Shown: in pieces, positions 25,530 to 37,483 of the stretch
Layout of the letters: every line of letters starts with the position of its first letter
How positions within the stretch are numbered: position 1 is the stretch's first letter
Assembly (NCBI RefSeq): GCF_001186125.1
Contig: NW_014040011.1
Coordinates: 16,990 to 61,341 of the forward strand
DNA length: 44,352 nucleotides
Source of the DNA: Sphaeroforma arctica JP610
Lineage: Eukaryota
Direction of reading: 5' to 3'
Made by a program: the position numbers and the translations under genes
The notes under the pieces: generated by a model
What the model was told of the DNA's origin: nothing
The model's database searches: none
Seen by the model: only the letters and a program-made list of their open reading frames with translations

Positions 25530-25915
25530 TCATTGGGCGGGCCTATTCTTTCTGTCACTGTGTGACCCCAAGATCTTGCCGCACGCATACTTGCCAAACT
25601 TCAAGAATGTATGTGGTATCCTAGGCACCAGCACCGGTTCCGATTGAAGTAGTTGCTTGAATAAGTCGAACCATGGTGCCCGTGGTAGCCAAGGTAGACA
25701 TACTGTTGCGGATGCCCCATCCTTGTGTATCAGCTGCCAAGGTGGGCAACCGTCTACTAGGGACAAGTTGTGCTCAAATGCACCTTTCTGTTCATCCTTA
25801 ATCCAAAAATCGAGCAGCTGTTCGTTCTGTGGGCTCACGAAAACGTCTACGTTATTCGGACCGAAGAGCTGTTGTGCTTGCTCGATGTAATCGGGAAACA
25901 GCTTCCAGCTATCTG
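25530..25915 (-). pseudogene. Dam-like (phage/DIRS-type) N6-adenine DNA methyltransferase domain, degenerate
   Basis: DSWKLFPDYIEQAQQLFGPNNVDVFVSPQNEQLLDFW...GAFEHNLS...GCPPWQLIH...ATVCLPWLPRAPWFDLFKQLL...PVLVP fits the pattern W.L...fGP..vDlFAs..N.ql..f...dAF..dW...[N]PPW.LI...lv.P.wp.apWf..l of this MTase family (recognised by eye). Confidence 0.8.
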
Positions 25916-27040
25916 CGCACAGTATCTCGGGCTCGTAGCTCTCCGGCGTACCTTCATGTACTCTGCTCATCATGCCTGGTACAACATTCTCCTCCCCATA
26001 GATATGGGATATCGTGACGTTCCCATCGATCGCCGATCAGCTTGTTTGTTTTCCGTTTGCAGAACTCACGCAATGGTGCCATGTGTGTGCAAAGTTAGGC
26101 ACGTGTTCGTGGAGGCAATTTGCCAAGCATACAGCCGACGCTATGTCCATATATCGTTACATGGTTGGCCAATCGAATAGTTTGCTTGTTTCTCATAATC
26201 CATATCAATGCCTTGTGCTGACACCTTCTTGCCGAGTGTCATCACTTCAGCAATTGCAAAGTGGCACATGACTGGATCCAGTTTAAAACTGTGGCATGTG
26301 AGTCGTTTGCCGATCTCCTTCATTGTGTTGCTATGTTCGTCATAATTATCACCTGCTCATCGATGTAGTGATGTACTGGTAGCCAGTCCAGGATCGTGCT
26401 CAATATGCGCTGGAACTGATATGTCAATACGTGCAGGTCAGATGGTGCTGACATGAACGAATACTGGCAGCGTTGATTAAGAATTAAGAATTGGTCACTG
26501 GGGATGAGTGCGTTCACTACGCGCATGTTTAAACAAAACTGCACCTTCCTCACGTTGCCTTCACTGGCAAACATGCGCAAGGCGAGTAGTGCTAGGTTGA
26601 CTGCCGTTGCGTCGTCCGCTTTGTAATGACCACGTCTTTCAACCATTTTTGTACTTGCTCGTCGACACAAGGTAGCCATCTGTCCGACACGAAGTTACGT
26701 GTGGATTTGCACATGCTCATGGCTTGTTCACGTGTAACTGACATCGTTTTTTCAATTTCCTAGAGGTGGTATCGTGCGTTGTCTACAATCGCTGCGTTCG
26801 CCCTTAAAACTGATGTCAAACATTGTCGAGCGTCAGCTGGTTCCGTTGTATTTGGTGACTGGAGATGGTATAGGTTTCAGTAGTTCATCAAGCTCCTTTA
26901 GGTTGATGGCTGCGAGAGGTGATTAAGTTCCTCCTATGTATAACCCTAGTCCTTTCATCATGTCTTGGCCAAGGATAATATTCATGCTTGTGGGTGAATT
27001 CATAAACTCGAGCGAACTATTGATTATCTTCGTGCCGTAC

Positions 27041-27332
27041 TTTATAGGTACTACTTCCATCGTCCTCAATCGCGGAGTTCGTACCGCCTTGACAGCTGTC
27101 CCCAATCGCGAAGTTCGTACCGCCTTGTCAGCTGAATAGATGAACGAAGCAGGTGGTGATGGAGTGATAGTATCTTCGAGATACAGTTTATAGGTAATAC
27201 TTCCATCGTCCTCAATCGCGGAGTTCGTACCGCCTTGACAGCTGTCCCCAATCGCGAAGTTCGTACCGCCTTGTCAGCTGAATAAATGAACGAAGCAGGT
27301 GGTGATGGAGTGATAGGATCTTCGAGATACAG
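27041..27332. repeat. 146-bp tandem duplication, each unit containing a 36-bp internal duplication, inside the protease region
   Basis: Units start tttataggta at 27041 and 27187. The internal repeat caatcgcg(g/a)agttcgtaccgccttg(a/t)cagctg starts at 27067 and 27103, and recurs in the second unit. Confidence 0.95.
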
Positions 27333-30300
27333 TTTCTATTCGCACCCATGTCTATTAACAATCTGAACGTACGCTCATTCAGTTGCAGTTGTATGTAGAC
27401 TCGGTTATCGGATGTCAATAATGGATCGTTAATCGCCATTACCTCATTGATAGTATATATAAACGTTAAAGCTGCATCTGCGTCAGACAACCCTCACTTC
27501 TCAATTGTCTGCCGGCACTGGTTCCCACCCATTCTGGGTTGTGACTGTTGCTAATGCATCATCGTGATAATCGGCGGTGAGTTTTGTGTCAATGTGCATT
27601 TCAGTTGCTGTAGGAGGATGATCGATTCCTTCTTCGCGTGTAACCGTGTTCACCTGTGGCTGTGTATCGGTTGTTCTTGTTGGTGGCTGCTTGGACAGTT
27701 GCTGCCTGGTTCTTGCCCTGGCGGGAATGTTGCAGCTGAACGCTGTGACGATTGTGCGTCTTTGTATGGCCGTTCCTAATTGTTCTGGCGTCATTCCTCC
27801 CTTGTTGCGCTGTTGTATGATGAAGGCAGCGGGCAATATGTCGCGGACCGGGTGGTGCCTGTGTTTGACAATCTACGCACGTTGTTGGCGTCGCTGCCTG
27901 AGGTCGCTGCGCCCAGTACTGAGTTTGTCGTTGCGCTGTTTGGGGGTTCTGACGAGTATAATCACGCAGTGTGTTCTCTTTTTGTTGCTGTTGACGACTA
28001 AGTAATCGAGCCATTGGCCGCTGCTGCGCCTTCTGTATGTCGGGACTCAATAGTTGTAGCAACTCGTGTGTCTCCATCAAATGCAGCTTAGGAGGGAACT
28101 GGACTGTGCGCTCATACGTACGACCATTGAGCGTCTCCTTTAAGAGCTGCCCTATTTAGTGGCTCAGATATCTTTGCTGGACCTCGGCATCAGTCTGGCA
28201 GCGTTCACGAGCTCGACGGCGATATTCCATCAAGCGGGTCAACTGCAAACGGATCAACTGTTCCATAACAGGCACATGCACCAACTTACTATGACCTTTA
28301 GCTAGTTTGCGAAAGACAGGCTCTACAGTCCCTTGTGTCTCGTGTGAGCATATCTGTGCTATCTATAACTTAAATACCCACGCCTTCAAGCGCTCAGTGT
28401 TATCCCTAATGTAGTCAAGTGTTGACTTCTCGGCATTGAAATGAACCAACAACCATGTTAGATTCTATGTCTCATCGAGGCCTGCGATCTGTGCGATCTT
28501 CAAAGCTTCGAGGAGGACCCCCTTGGTGTCACGTTCCATGATTTTGTTCAAGCGGTAGCGATTAGACGGCCAGTCAGGCCAATTGCGTGGTGCTGGAACC
28601 TTCCGTTTGTCGACCGGCTTGGATTCCAGTGTCGTATGTAGTGTCTCCAATATGCCCGGAGAGCTTCGGCCCATGCCGTGTTATTGGTTTCTATTGCGGC
28701 ACAGCTCATTCGACAACTTGAGTATACTGCCTGAAGTGCTTGACAACTCACTTCGATGCTCTCTGGTGTCGGTGGAGAAGCTTCTGGCTTCGGCGCTTCC
28801 TTCGCTGGAGCCAGCACCGTGTCATGGAGCGCGTCCTGCTCAAAAGCCTTCTTTTGCTGTTGCATACGAAAATTGGTGCGCAAACGGACGTGTCAATTCT
28901 TCAAAGCTTCCTCCCCGTGAGGGTTCTGTTTAGCGAGTAGTTGCTCGCGTGCAAGGGTTTAAATAGAGAGTGCATCACTTGAGGATAGCTGGTCGTCCGA
29001 CTCTGGTGACTCATATCCTCGGCCATGGTGTTGTCGATTGCGACCGCGGATACGAAACTCTGGATTGTCGACACTGTCGGAAGAACGACGACGCTTGTAA
29101 GACATATGACCGCCTTTGGAAGCTGTTGTCTACTCAGATGTGATACGCTTCAGTCGTTCCTCATACTGGTCGAACAAAGATTGCTGCCTAGCCATAAGGT
29201 CACGTCAACCTTGTCCACGCACGTCACCTCGCTTATTGTTCGTCCACGTGGACATCTACGCTTCGCTGGTGGTAGGCGTGGGTTGCTGCTACGAGGTTTG
29301 CTAACTGTCACTGGGTAACTGTTGTGTAGAAAATGACGGGCTGGAACTCTCTGAAGTCGAACTGGTGGACGAACCGGCACTCGCTACATGCTCCCGGGTG
29401 TCGGTCTGGCCCTGGTTTGCACGCAGGTAGTAGGCTACTACAGACTCTTGGTCTTGTGTAAGATTATCATCATGTTGCTGAGTTGGTGTGGCTTAGGTTG
29501 TTGTTCTTACCCGCGAGCTAAAAACGCCCGACGTAAGATTGCTTGATTCTCACGGTAGTGCGCGTCCCGTTCCTCTGCCGCTTGAAATTGGTTGGGTCCT
29601 TCCTTGGAGCGGCGACGCTTCGTGTCACGTTGGTCAATGTCATCGTGTGCGCGACGTTCTGATGCAAGATGTTACTGGCGACGGCTCTGTCTAGGATTGG
29701 AGGAGATGATTAGTCAAAGTTATGGTTTCGATTGTCTGTGGGAACCGAATATCTGTTGTGAATCCATAACGGCAGGCATTAGTCGACTTGAATACCGAGG
29801 TACAAGGACCCGCGACACCGTTATAGTTATCAAACACTGATTGGGATACTATAGGAATCCCCCCACAGCATTCAGGCATACCGCCGAGACCATCCGTCCT
29901 TCATCTACAATTAGCTCATTTATTGTTTCAGTTCGTACTCAGAGCTGAGGTGTTGCCCTACGTGTACATACATCGTGCCTCCTTGTCTGCTCCAGACTAA
30001 TTGCTTTACTCCAATATCTGCTACTTCCGTTTTCACACCTACTCTGCCACTCCACTTTGTGTGTTCTTATGAAGAAGCTATGACGTCGACGTTGGTGATA
30101 TGACGATATGCCGTTCCTTGTGAATCGACATGTCGAAGTGTTGGTTTTTACACACACCGTAATCACCACTAGAGAATACACCGTACTTGGTTTACAGCAC
30201 GAACTCCGAAATAACCGGTCTGATTTCGTAGCAATCCTTATATTTTTGAAGCTTTGAAAATACATAACACAATACTTCAATCAATTACAGTTATCCCAAT

Positions 30301-32099
30301 GGCTAAAATATTGGCTGGGTTCTCAAAGGTCCCAAGCACAAAGCCCCCCGTCTATATATAACAGGTTAACATTTAGTTCGGCTACCAATTGCCTACAACA
30401 TGTTTTCGGTCAAGATTGCGTTTCTCAATGCGTCACCCTGGTTCACTTTGCTATCGTATCGCTAGTGACTTATGCTCGGCATGGTTTACGGCTTATATTG
30501 CTTTAAATATTATAACATAAATCACATATAAACTTGTACAATATTTCATGTCTCACTTTTGATTCATCTATTTTAACCGATTCTATAAGTATCCAAAGCA
30601 TCGTATTGTCACTTATAACACTTTGACGACCTAGGTACCACAATACGGCTTCATATGTAGCTCTACTAGCTCCTTATACTAGTTTCCTAAATATATCCAA
30701 CATTATTCACGAACATAATACTTCCTGATGCCATACTTCCACACTACGCCATAGACATACTTCTACAGGCATCTAACGTCAATTATAGACACGTACTACA
30801 CTCTACACGTCGTAAAAGGACGGAATACCTATATTTAGCACAGAAAGTTTCTTATACTGGCTTTTTGTATATCTATAACAAATAATTGCTAGCACAATGT
30901 TGATATCGTGCGACAAATTGATTTTACACCATGAAATTCTTCTAGTAGCATTTATTCCCCTCTTGTGCCTTACAAATTGCAAGAGCTCCCGTACAATTTC
31001 CCGTACCATTTTGAAAAATGACGATTGAATTCTTCTATAATCGGCCCAGACGCGATGGATGCCTCTTAGACAGCTGCTGGCGGGCGCGTACAGATTCTCG
31101 TACAGTTTTTGGTTTTCTATTTATAGAAGGTACCTCTATATCGATACCCGAATACTTCAACACTGGTTCTCTTATGTGAAACATGAATTAGATCTCTTCA
31201 AAGTTAATTCTATTGCACAAAGACGACACATATGCACGTATACGTCCAGCTGAATCTAAGTTTGTGTGCTAGGCTCGGCTACTTGGTTCCCCTTCGTCAA
31301 CAACATGTAAAAGAAAGATAAACAAATATTCCCATAGTACACTCAGAAACACCAACATTGACCCGTGTGCGGCACTGTCGATTACATATGTTCATCTTCG
31401 GGGCTTTTTTTTCTGGTTGCTTCTGTTCGGATTCTTCTTCCTCGTATAGCGGCGGCAATATGATTGGTGTGTGTTGTAGGGTCCAAGACTGAAGGGTTTC
31501 AACTAGTTGTAGTTCTTGTTGTAATTCCCAAAATCCTTAATAGGGGTAATCTCTGGGTACTAAATGTCTACGTTACCCATCTTCAAGCCTTCGTACCGCT
31601 TCATTTTTTTTGGTACTGTGCACTATTTGTTTGTATATTTATGTCTAAAACACTACTACTATCTACCATATGCGATTGCATAGAATCGCTTGTATCACTA
31701 CTAGCGTAACCACTATCAATATGATTCGAACTAGTATTTTGCGTATCCTCATCATCTCCCTGATTAATTGTTGCTTTTCTCCTGTGCCCTGTACTACTCT
31801 GTCACTAAAGTAAAAAAATACTGTAAGCTAAGCTACGCTATAGTTGTCTGTTGTTTTAATTACTAGAATATCAACTTCATGAATATGTTAAAAATGCAGT
31901 AAGTCGTCGATAACAGTATCTCAACGTCCTACCTCATTACAGAGGGAGACGATGTTCTTTTATTCACAATTAATCCCCAATCAACCCAAGTTTAAACATC
32001 CTGATATGATAAGCTAAAATAAACCTTATAAACCCTGTCTGGGTGTATTCCAACCACAAACATTATATATAACAGAGACATCGAATAACAGACATGCCA

Positions 32100-35000
32100 T
32101 TTTGGCAGACTGTACATCAGTCCATGCCTTTCTTTATATGCTAGCCTCGGACAGACACCTACTACGGCTCCCAGATGTTTGCACATCTAATTGGTTTTCC
32201 CCGACCTTATCTCCAACCATGGCGATGGATGTTCATGCGAGGCATCTGAGTTTTTTGGCGAAGCCTTGTCAGGGATGGAGTAGTCAGCATTCAATTCGCT
32301 GCACAAGTTCGCAGGGTTTGCGCGTGCTGCCTCCTTTTTAGAGGACACATACCTCCGGGGATACTCAAAATCCGACGTGGCGGAGCACATCCAATGCGAG
32401 CGCCGTGAACGCGACCAATTCAACAAGGGTCGTGACTACGAACGTCGCAAGGGTTCTGTCCATCGTCGAGACTCGGGGCGCAGAATCACGCAGCTCACTG
32501 CCCCCTTCAGCACCTCGCGACCCACCGAAGCCGACTGCCTAGGCCCCTTCTGAGCGTCACTCTCGCTCACATGATCAGGAGCGTTCTCGATCACGTTCGA
32601 TGCACCACAAACCAGTCCGTTCCCCATCACGAGACATGTCGAAGGTCAAGTGCTACTCCTGCAACAATCACGGCCACTACAGCGACGCGTGTTCATACAA
32701 GAACTCCACGGACACGCTGATGAAGGCTGAATGATCCCTTGTGGGCCCAATAGTCCAGTCCACCGCGAAGTAAACGCCTCGAGAGCCCTCTGTTATGCCG
32801 AAAACGCCGCTATACCTAATCTGATATTAAAACAACTAGATGAGGGACACTTGATACCGAGAAATTAATCCCAGTGTTTATGAAGTCATTTGGCGGTGCG
32901 ACCAAGGCCCCACCAACTGAAAAATGTACTACCTCTGATTTACTTGAGATCTATGACCCAGCAATCTTCCTAGGACTCCTGACACCAAAATTGGCAGACA
33001 GCCGAAATGAAATTCACGCGCCGGTGTCGAGTCGCACCGGTGTAGCTTCTAGGGACCAGATTGTCAAAAGGCCAATCCAAAACCTAAAACCACGGAATCG
33101 TCAAATACTGAGTTTTGGATCCGGATCCAAATATTCCTGATATTAGAAATATTAGCGGTAGAAACGGCCAGAGCCCCACATGTGAGAGAAACACTCAAGT
33201 ATAAACCCAGCGTCTAGTGAATTAGAAAACCAAATAAAGACTCAATTCAGTTCTCTCGGACTATAGACTTTTTCCTAGCCGAAATTATCGTACTTGAGAA
33301 GAGGTCTATTGTTTACTTTGGTCGTACCTTTCCAGCTACTCTAAATACTTTACATTATCACCGGAGAGCCTAGTGAGGCACTGCGACGCCTTGCACCCCA
33401 GGTCGACCGTGACAAACTCAAAAGTTTTGCGCCACCATGGATTGGTGGTCGGCATAGGTGCCAAACTTGACTATATTGCTCTCCCGCTCACCGACCTGCT
33501 TGCTAAAGGCCTCAAGTTTACCTTCATCATGGCCTGCCTGGTGTCGTTTCAAGCGGTAATGAGCGCGACATCAGGCACGGTCATAATAGTCACACCTAAG
33601 CAGAAAACGCCCCCTGCACTATTTCGCATATGCTTGTCAAGTCGGCCTTGGTTCAGCGCTATTCACTCGAATCCCTCGGCTAGGGGATAAACCCACCGCG
33701 TTTTCTCCGAACTGAAAACAACCACACACCAGATAGACAATCGACGCATACACGAAAGCAGAGAATTAAGCCGAACTACAGTACCTCCGTTGCGTCAAAG
33801 TGAACGAGGATATGCTCCTCTCAGCACAGTCAGACTAGCAACTGGCCAAGACAATGGCCCTCAGTATAGTCAACCCGGCGCGCACACTGCGCCTGCAGAA
33901 CGAATCGTCCTCGGCAGCACTAGCAACCGAGCCCGCGCAACCACAGTCGTTAAAGAACCCTCCTCACAAAAAGCGCCTTGTCGACCGTTCGGTTTACATG
34001 GCCTACAGGAAGATGCTTCATTGCTTTTATGCCCGGCGCATCTCGTTTACAGCATTCGCGAGGTTAACGGCATTGATCGTCATTGGTCAGCAACGTACCA
34101 AGGATATGAGTTCAATTAGGCGCTGCGACGCTACCACGTGACAGACATGAGCTTCGCCTTTGGTATCCACAACAATGAAATGATCATTACCGCTATGTAG
34201 CTACTAATAAGATCTACCACATACATCGCGGCAAACAGAAGCGTATTTGCCCTCAATCAGAACGCCAGACCTCAGAACGACTGGCACCCGTGGCGCCACG
34301 GTCTATTTCAACTAGCTCTCGGAGGAGCTTTTAAAGATGCCTCTGAGGTGGAGAAGCCTTCGCTGGCCCAAGTCGTCTGCGATCACTGAGTTCACGTCAG
34401 CATGTGTCAATCAGAGGCGGTTTGCCCCAACCGGCCGCCAAGCTGACTGCCTTCGATTGCGTATCGCCTTACGATGTCCGCTGACTACAAATCAACACAG
34501 ATTACCGATGGGCGAACGAGGCACAACACCGCTACGCCCACACTGGACCCCGCCACGCCAAGGCACCAACTTAATTACACTAGGCTTACCCTGCCTACCT
34601 GCAGTGCGTTACTTCCCACCCACAACAATCCAATGCTACCTAAACTACCGCTACAGCGCATGTCTCATGCTCAACGTGTGCGTACAAGTTCTCCCCCGTG
34701 TTATTGTTCACTGTTTGTTTGTGTGACAGTTGTTTTATATTTATTTTCGAGACCCATTTTTTTTGTTGTTGATAACTTTGCTCGTCATCATAATTTTAAA
34801 ACCCAAATTAGGCCGAATAAACTTCTGGTCGAGGTGTGGCCTCGGTACTTAGACTAGAAAACTCTAGCAGTTCTTAGCCACAGCCATCTGAGGGCCTGAT
34901 GCCCTAGCTTCAGGCTACCTGCTTGTGGGGGCTGTAAAACCTAGCCAGGCCAAGTACCGAACAACAAAGATTTCGATCATCAAGTGAACCGTTGAGACGC

Positions 35001-35312
35001 CTGTCAGAGTCCCTGCCAGCGTAGGACCGTGGGCCCCGTGAGACCGTAGGCCCCGTGAGACCGAAGCCCTTGTGATGATTCCGGCCCATTAATTAGCTGG
35101 CACCCCTGAGCCTGATAGTCAATGTTCCCTTTTGCTATCGTAAAGTGGACAAAAAACATACGTCTAATAAATCCGACCTCGACTAGTTTATTACTTTAAG
35201 TCATGCTAGCGGTCTAGCCATACATAAATGCTACGAGTTACAGATCCGAAGAGCCGGGTACATACTAAACTAGAGCACACTGCATCAGTTGTTGGCGTAA
35301 ACTTGGTTTACG
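32100..35312 (+). mobile_element. Highly decayed Ty3/gypsy (chromovirus-like) relic with putative 3' LTR at 34933-~35312
   Basis: RT thumb/connection IALPLTDLLAKGLKFTFIMACLVSFQAV...IIVTP (~33470-33600). Chromodomain-like FVVDNFARHH...LLVEVWPRY (~34760-34850). G-tract tgtgggggc followed by TGTAAAACC at 34933, with candidate end GGTTTACG at ~35305-35312. Left boundary approximate. Confidence 0.55.
35025..35070. repeat. 17-bp tandem repeat (about 2.6 copies) in the putative LTR
   Basis: gaccgtgggccccgtga gaccgtaggccccgtga gaccgaagccc. Confidence 0.8.
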
Positions 35313-35389
35313 TGTGGGGTTTCCTACCGCCTGGTTTTCTCGTCCAAACCAGCATAGTTACTCTCAACTAAATTGACTTAGTATTTAGA

Positions 35390-37457
35390 ACCTATAAACC
35401 ACTGGCAAGATTTGAAATAAAGTTTGTTTATCGAGTTAGGTCTCTTTAGGTTATGGGTTTTTCTTCTTCTTCTGAGATTCCGACAACATGCTCTCAAGTA
35501 CTCAACAAACATACTAACAAAGGCACTACCGTGTCCTGGACTATACTTGTACACGGCGGCTTTAACATCGATCTTTAGGAGCAAGACATGTAACTAGTTC
35601 TGTCCTCCCAATATACTACCGACTTGACACCTATTCTGACGTTCGATCATAAATTCCCTAAGGATGACTCCATCAAATCAAAAATATGTAAATATATTAA
35701 ACACTCCAAAGGAAGAACGGAATGATTTTCAAAACTACATGAAGGAAATTAAAACATTCTTTGCCGTTCGCACCAATGGTACATAGAAAGCAAAGTCACT
35801 TCTTCATTTATCCATGGACCCTGTCTTCCCCCTAGCACTGTGAAGACGATCAAGCAAGAACATTCCTGGATTTTATTTGTTTTTATAAGTCTAAATTCAA
35901 ACATCAGTCTAAACTGATTCACGAGATTGTCGACACAGCTTACCTAACTGCCAAGAAACGCGGACCACTGTGGCACTGCAATATCAACAGCTACTTCACA
36001 AGGTACCATGTTAAGCCCTACTGTTCAGCAAAATCTATTTATTAATGAACTGAGTCAAGCTGACCGCGACCAATATAAGAGCATTCATATAATGCAAATC
36101 AAGGACCGCTCACTCCTCGACATTGATGATCTCTGCGCGTATCTTGAGACCTGGCATCGCTCCACCCAGTCATCTGTCTTCGTCCCAACTGCTAACTCCG
36201 TCACACGACGTTGTTCCGTATAATTAATGCTCTCAAAATACAACAAGGTAATAACAATCGCCCACCTCGCTTACGTAAATGCTATTTGTGTTGGGATACA
36301 ACCTATGCAACTTCTTTGTGTTCTAACGGATGTTAACGCTGCGGTAAAAAGACCGCAACGCCCGAGCTTGCACTAAATAGATCTCATCAGCTAACTGCAT
36401 TTTTGCTCCCGCACTGGTTATGTGGACGCCGTTTATAGCCAAAAGGTGTTAGAGTGAAATGTAGTAGACTTTAAATAAAGTGCAAATGAATCTAAAGAGT
36501 GGTGCGTTCGAATGAATTTATTTATGATCTCACCCTCATTTATATACTGATAGTGTTTGTACTTGTGTTCGACCACTTGAGTTGGCCAGGGTAAAAACTT
36601 ATATGATCAGTATGAGAAACCTTATGCAGGCAGAACACTTTAGTATTCTGATATATTTCTAGAAATGAATATATCACATTCGCTGTTTCGTACTCTCAGT
36701 CTCGAACCTCGGCTCTCGGCTAGCCGGTGGTCCGTATCCTATAAATAAAATAATCTGAGAAGTAGTATCAAATTACTTTTACGTTCTCTCGGGCTGACCC
36801 ACCTATACATACATTAATTTGAGAACAAGTTCCAAATTACTCTCGGACTGACGGCGTAAAACGTTATTAACGTATTTAGAAATACGTCTACTCCTGTAGT
36901 TTCTCAAAAGAGCTAACAGAATAACTCTCCTTACCCTACGTATACATATGTACACTACCAATACGCAAACATTAGCATGCATCAGCATCACAGTTCATAC
37001 AGTCTCTGCTACATCAGCTTACACTGATATTTACTTTCTACTCATGGATGGTGGTGTAACAGTAAAATATATGAACACTAAAACACGTCACTTACTAGTT
37101 AACGTTGAGACTGGTCATTTCCCACTTCAACTATTTGATGGAGTTATCAAACACATATTAAAACGAGGTATACTTCTCAGTCTTGGCCTTACATACCTTA
37201 ATCCTCAACTCATTCAAGCTATCATTACACAAAATACTCTACTAGACTCTGGATTTGCTTTTTTTTTCTTTGACAACAAACGCAAGTACCTTTTGAGCTT
37301 TGGTAAGACTACTCTTCAACCAACTCGTATCAAAGGGGGATATTATGTCCAATACACTGCATTACGACATTTACCATCACTACAGACTCCCTCATCACCA
37401 GTAATGACGTATGATGCATATCATCGTTCCCCAGCATTCCGCTCTCTTACTTTTTGA
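35390..37457 (+). mobile_element. Decayed Ty1/copia relic: LTR end and PBS, gag with zinc-knuckle remnants, protease
   Basis: TATAAA (35393) and AATAAA (35416) precede GGTTATGGG (35449-35457), a copia-type PBS. Gag-like LFINELSQ...IDDLCAYLE and CYLC / CIFCSRTGY remnants follow. Copia-type protease LLMDGGVTVKYMN...LQLFDG...RGIL...YLNPQLIQAIITQNTLLDSGFAF...GGYY is in ORF 36948-37457. Confidence 0.7.
36447..36918. mobile_element. Putative solo LTR (472 bp) splitting copia gag from protease
   Basis: Termini TGTTAG...CTAACA around AT-rich noncoding sequence, with minus-strand TATA-like and AATAAA-like motifs (~36517-36546). Flanks aaagg / gaata do not form a TSD. Confidence 0.5.
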
Positions 37458-37483
37458 TAAACCAGTGGGTCCCAGATTTGAAA

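Larger units (their letters stand above)
25361..29720 (-). mobile_element. Decayed Ty3/gypsy-type retroelement: gag, aspartic protease, RT, RNase H, N6-adenine DNA methyltransferase-like domain
   Basis: Gag-like disrupted ORFs at ~27500-29700. Protease RVYIQLQLNERTFRLLIDMGANRNCIS (LIDMGA 27341-27358) and IILGQDMMKGLGL. RT KVQFCLNMRVVNALIPSDQF...FQRILSTILDWLPVHHYIDE (YIDE 26356-26367), then CHFAIAEVMTLGKKVSAQGI and DWP...LANCLHEHVPNFAH/MAPL. RNase H end ISHIYGEENVVPGMMSR, followed by the MTase domain. LTRs not located. Confidence 0.85.

Noticed and set aside
25361..26679. Calling the MTase element a canonical DIRS
   Set aside because: It has an aspartic protease and gypsy-like RT/connection motifs, and I see no tyrosine recombinase, inverted termini or internal complementary region. 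Not fully excluded without an RT tree.
32791..33360. Possible solo LTR inside the plus-strand gypsy relic (TATAAA ~33200, AATAAA ~33233, palindrome tttggatccggatccaaa)
   Set aside because: No consistent TG..CA termini with a TSD could be fixed.
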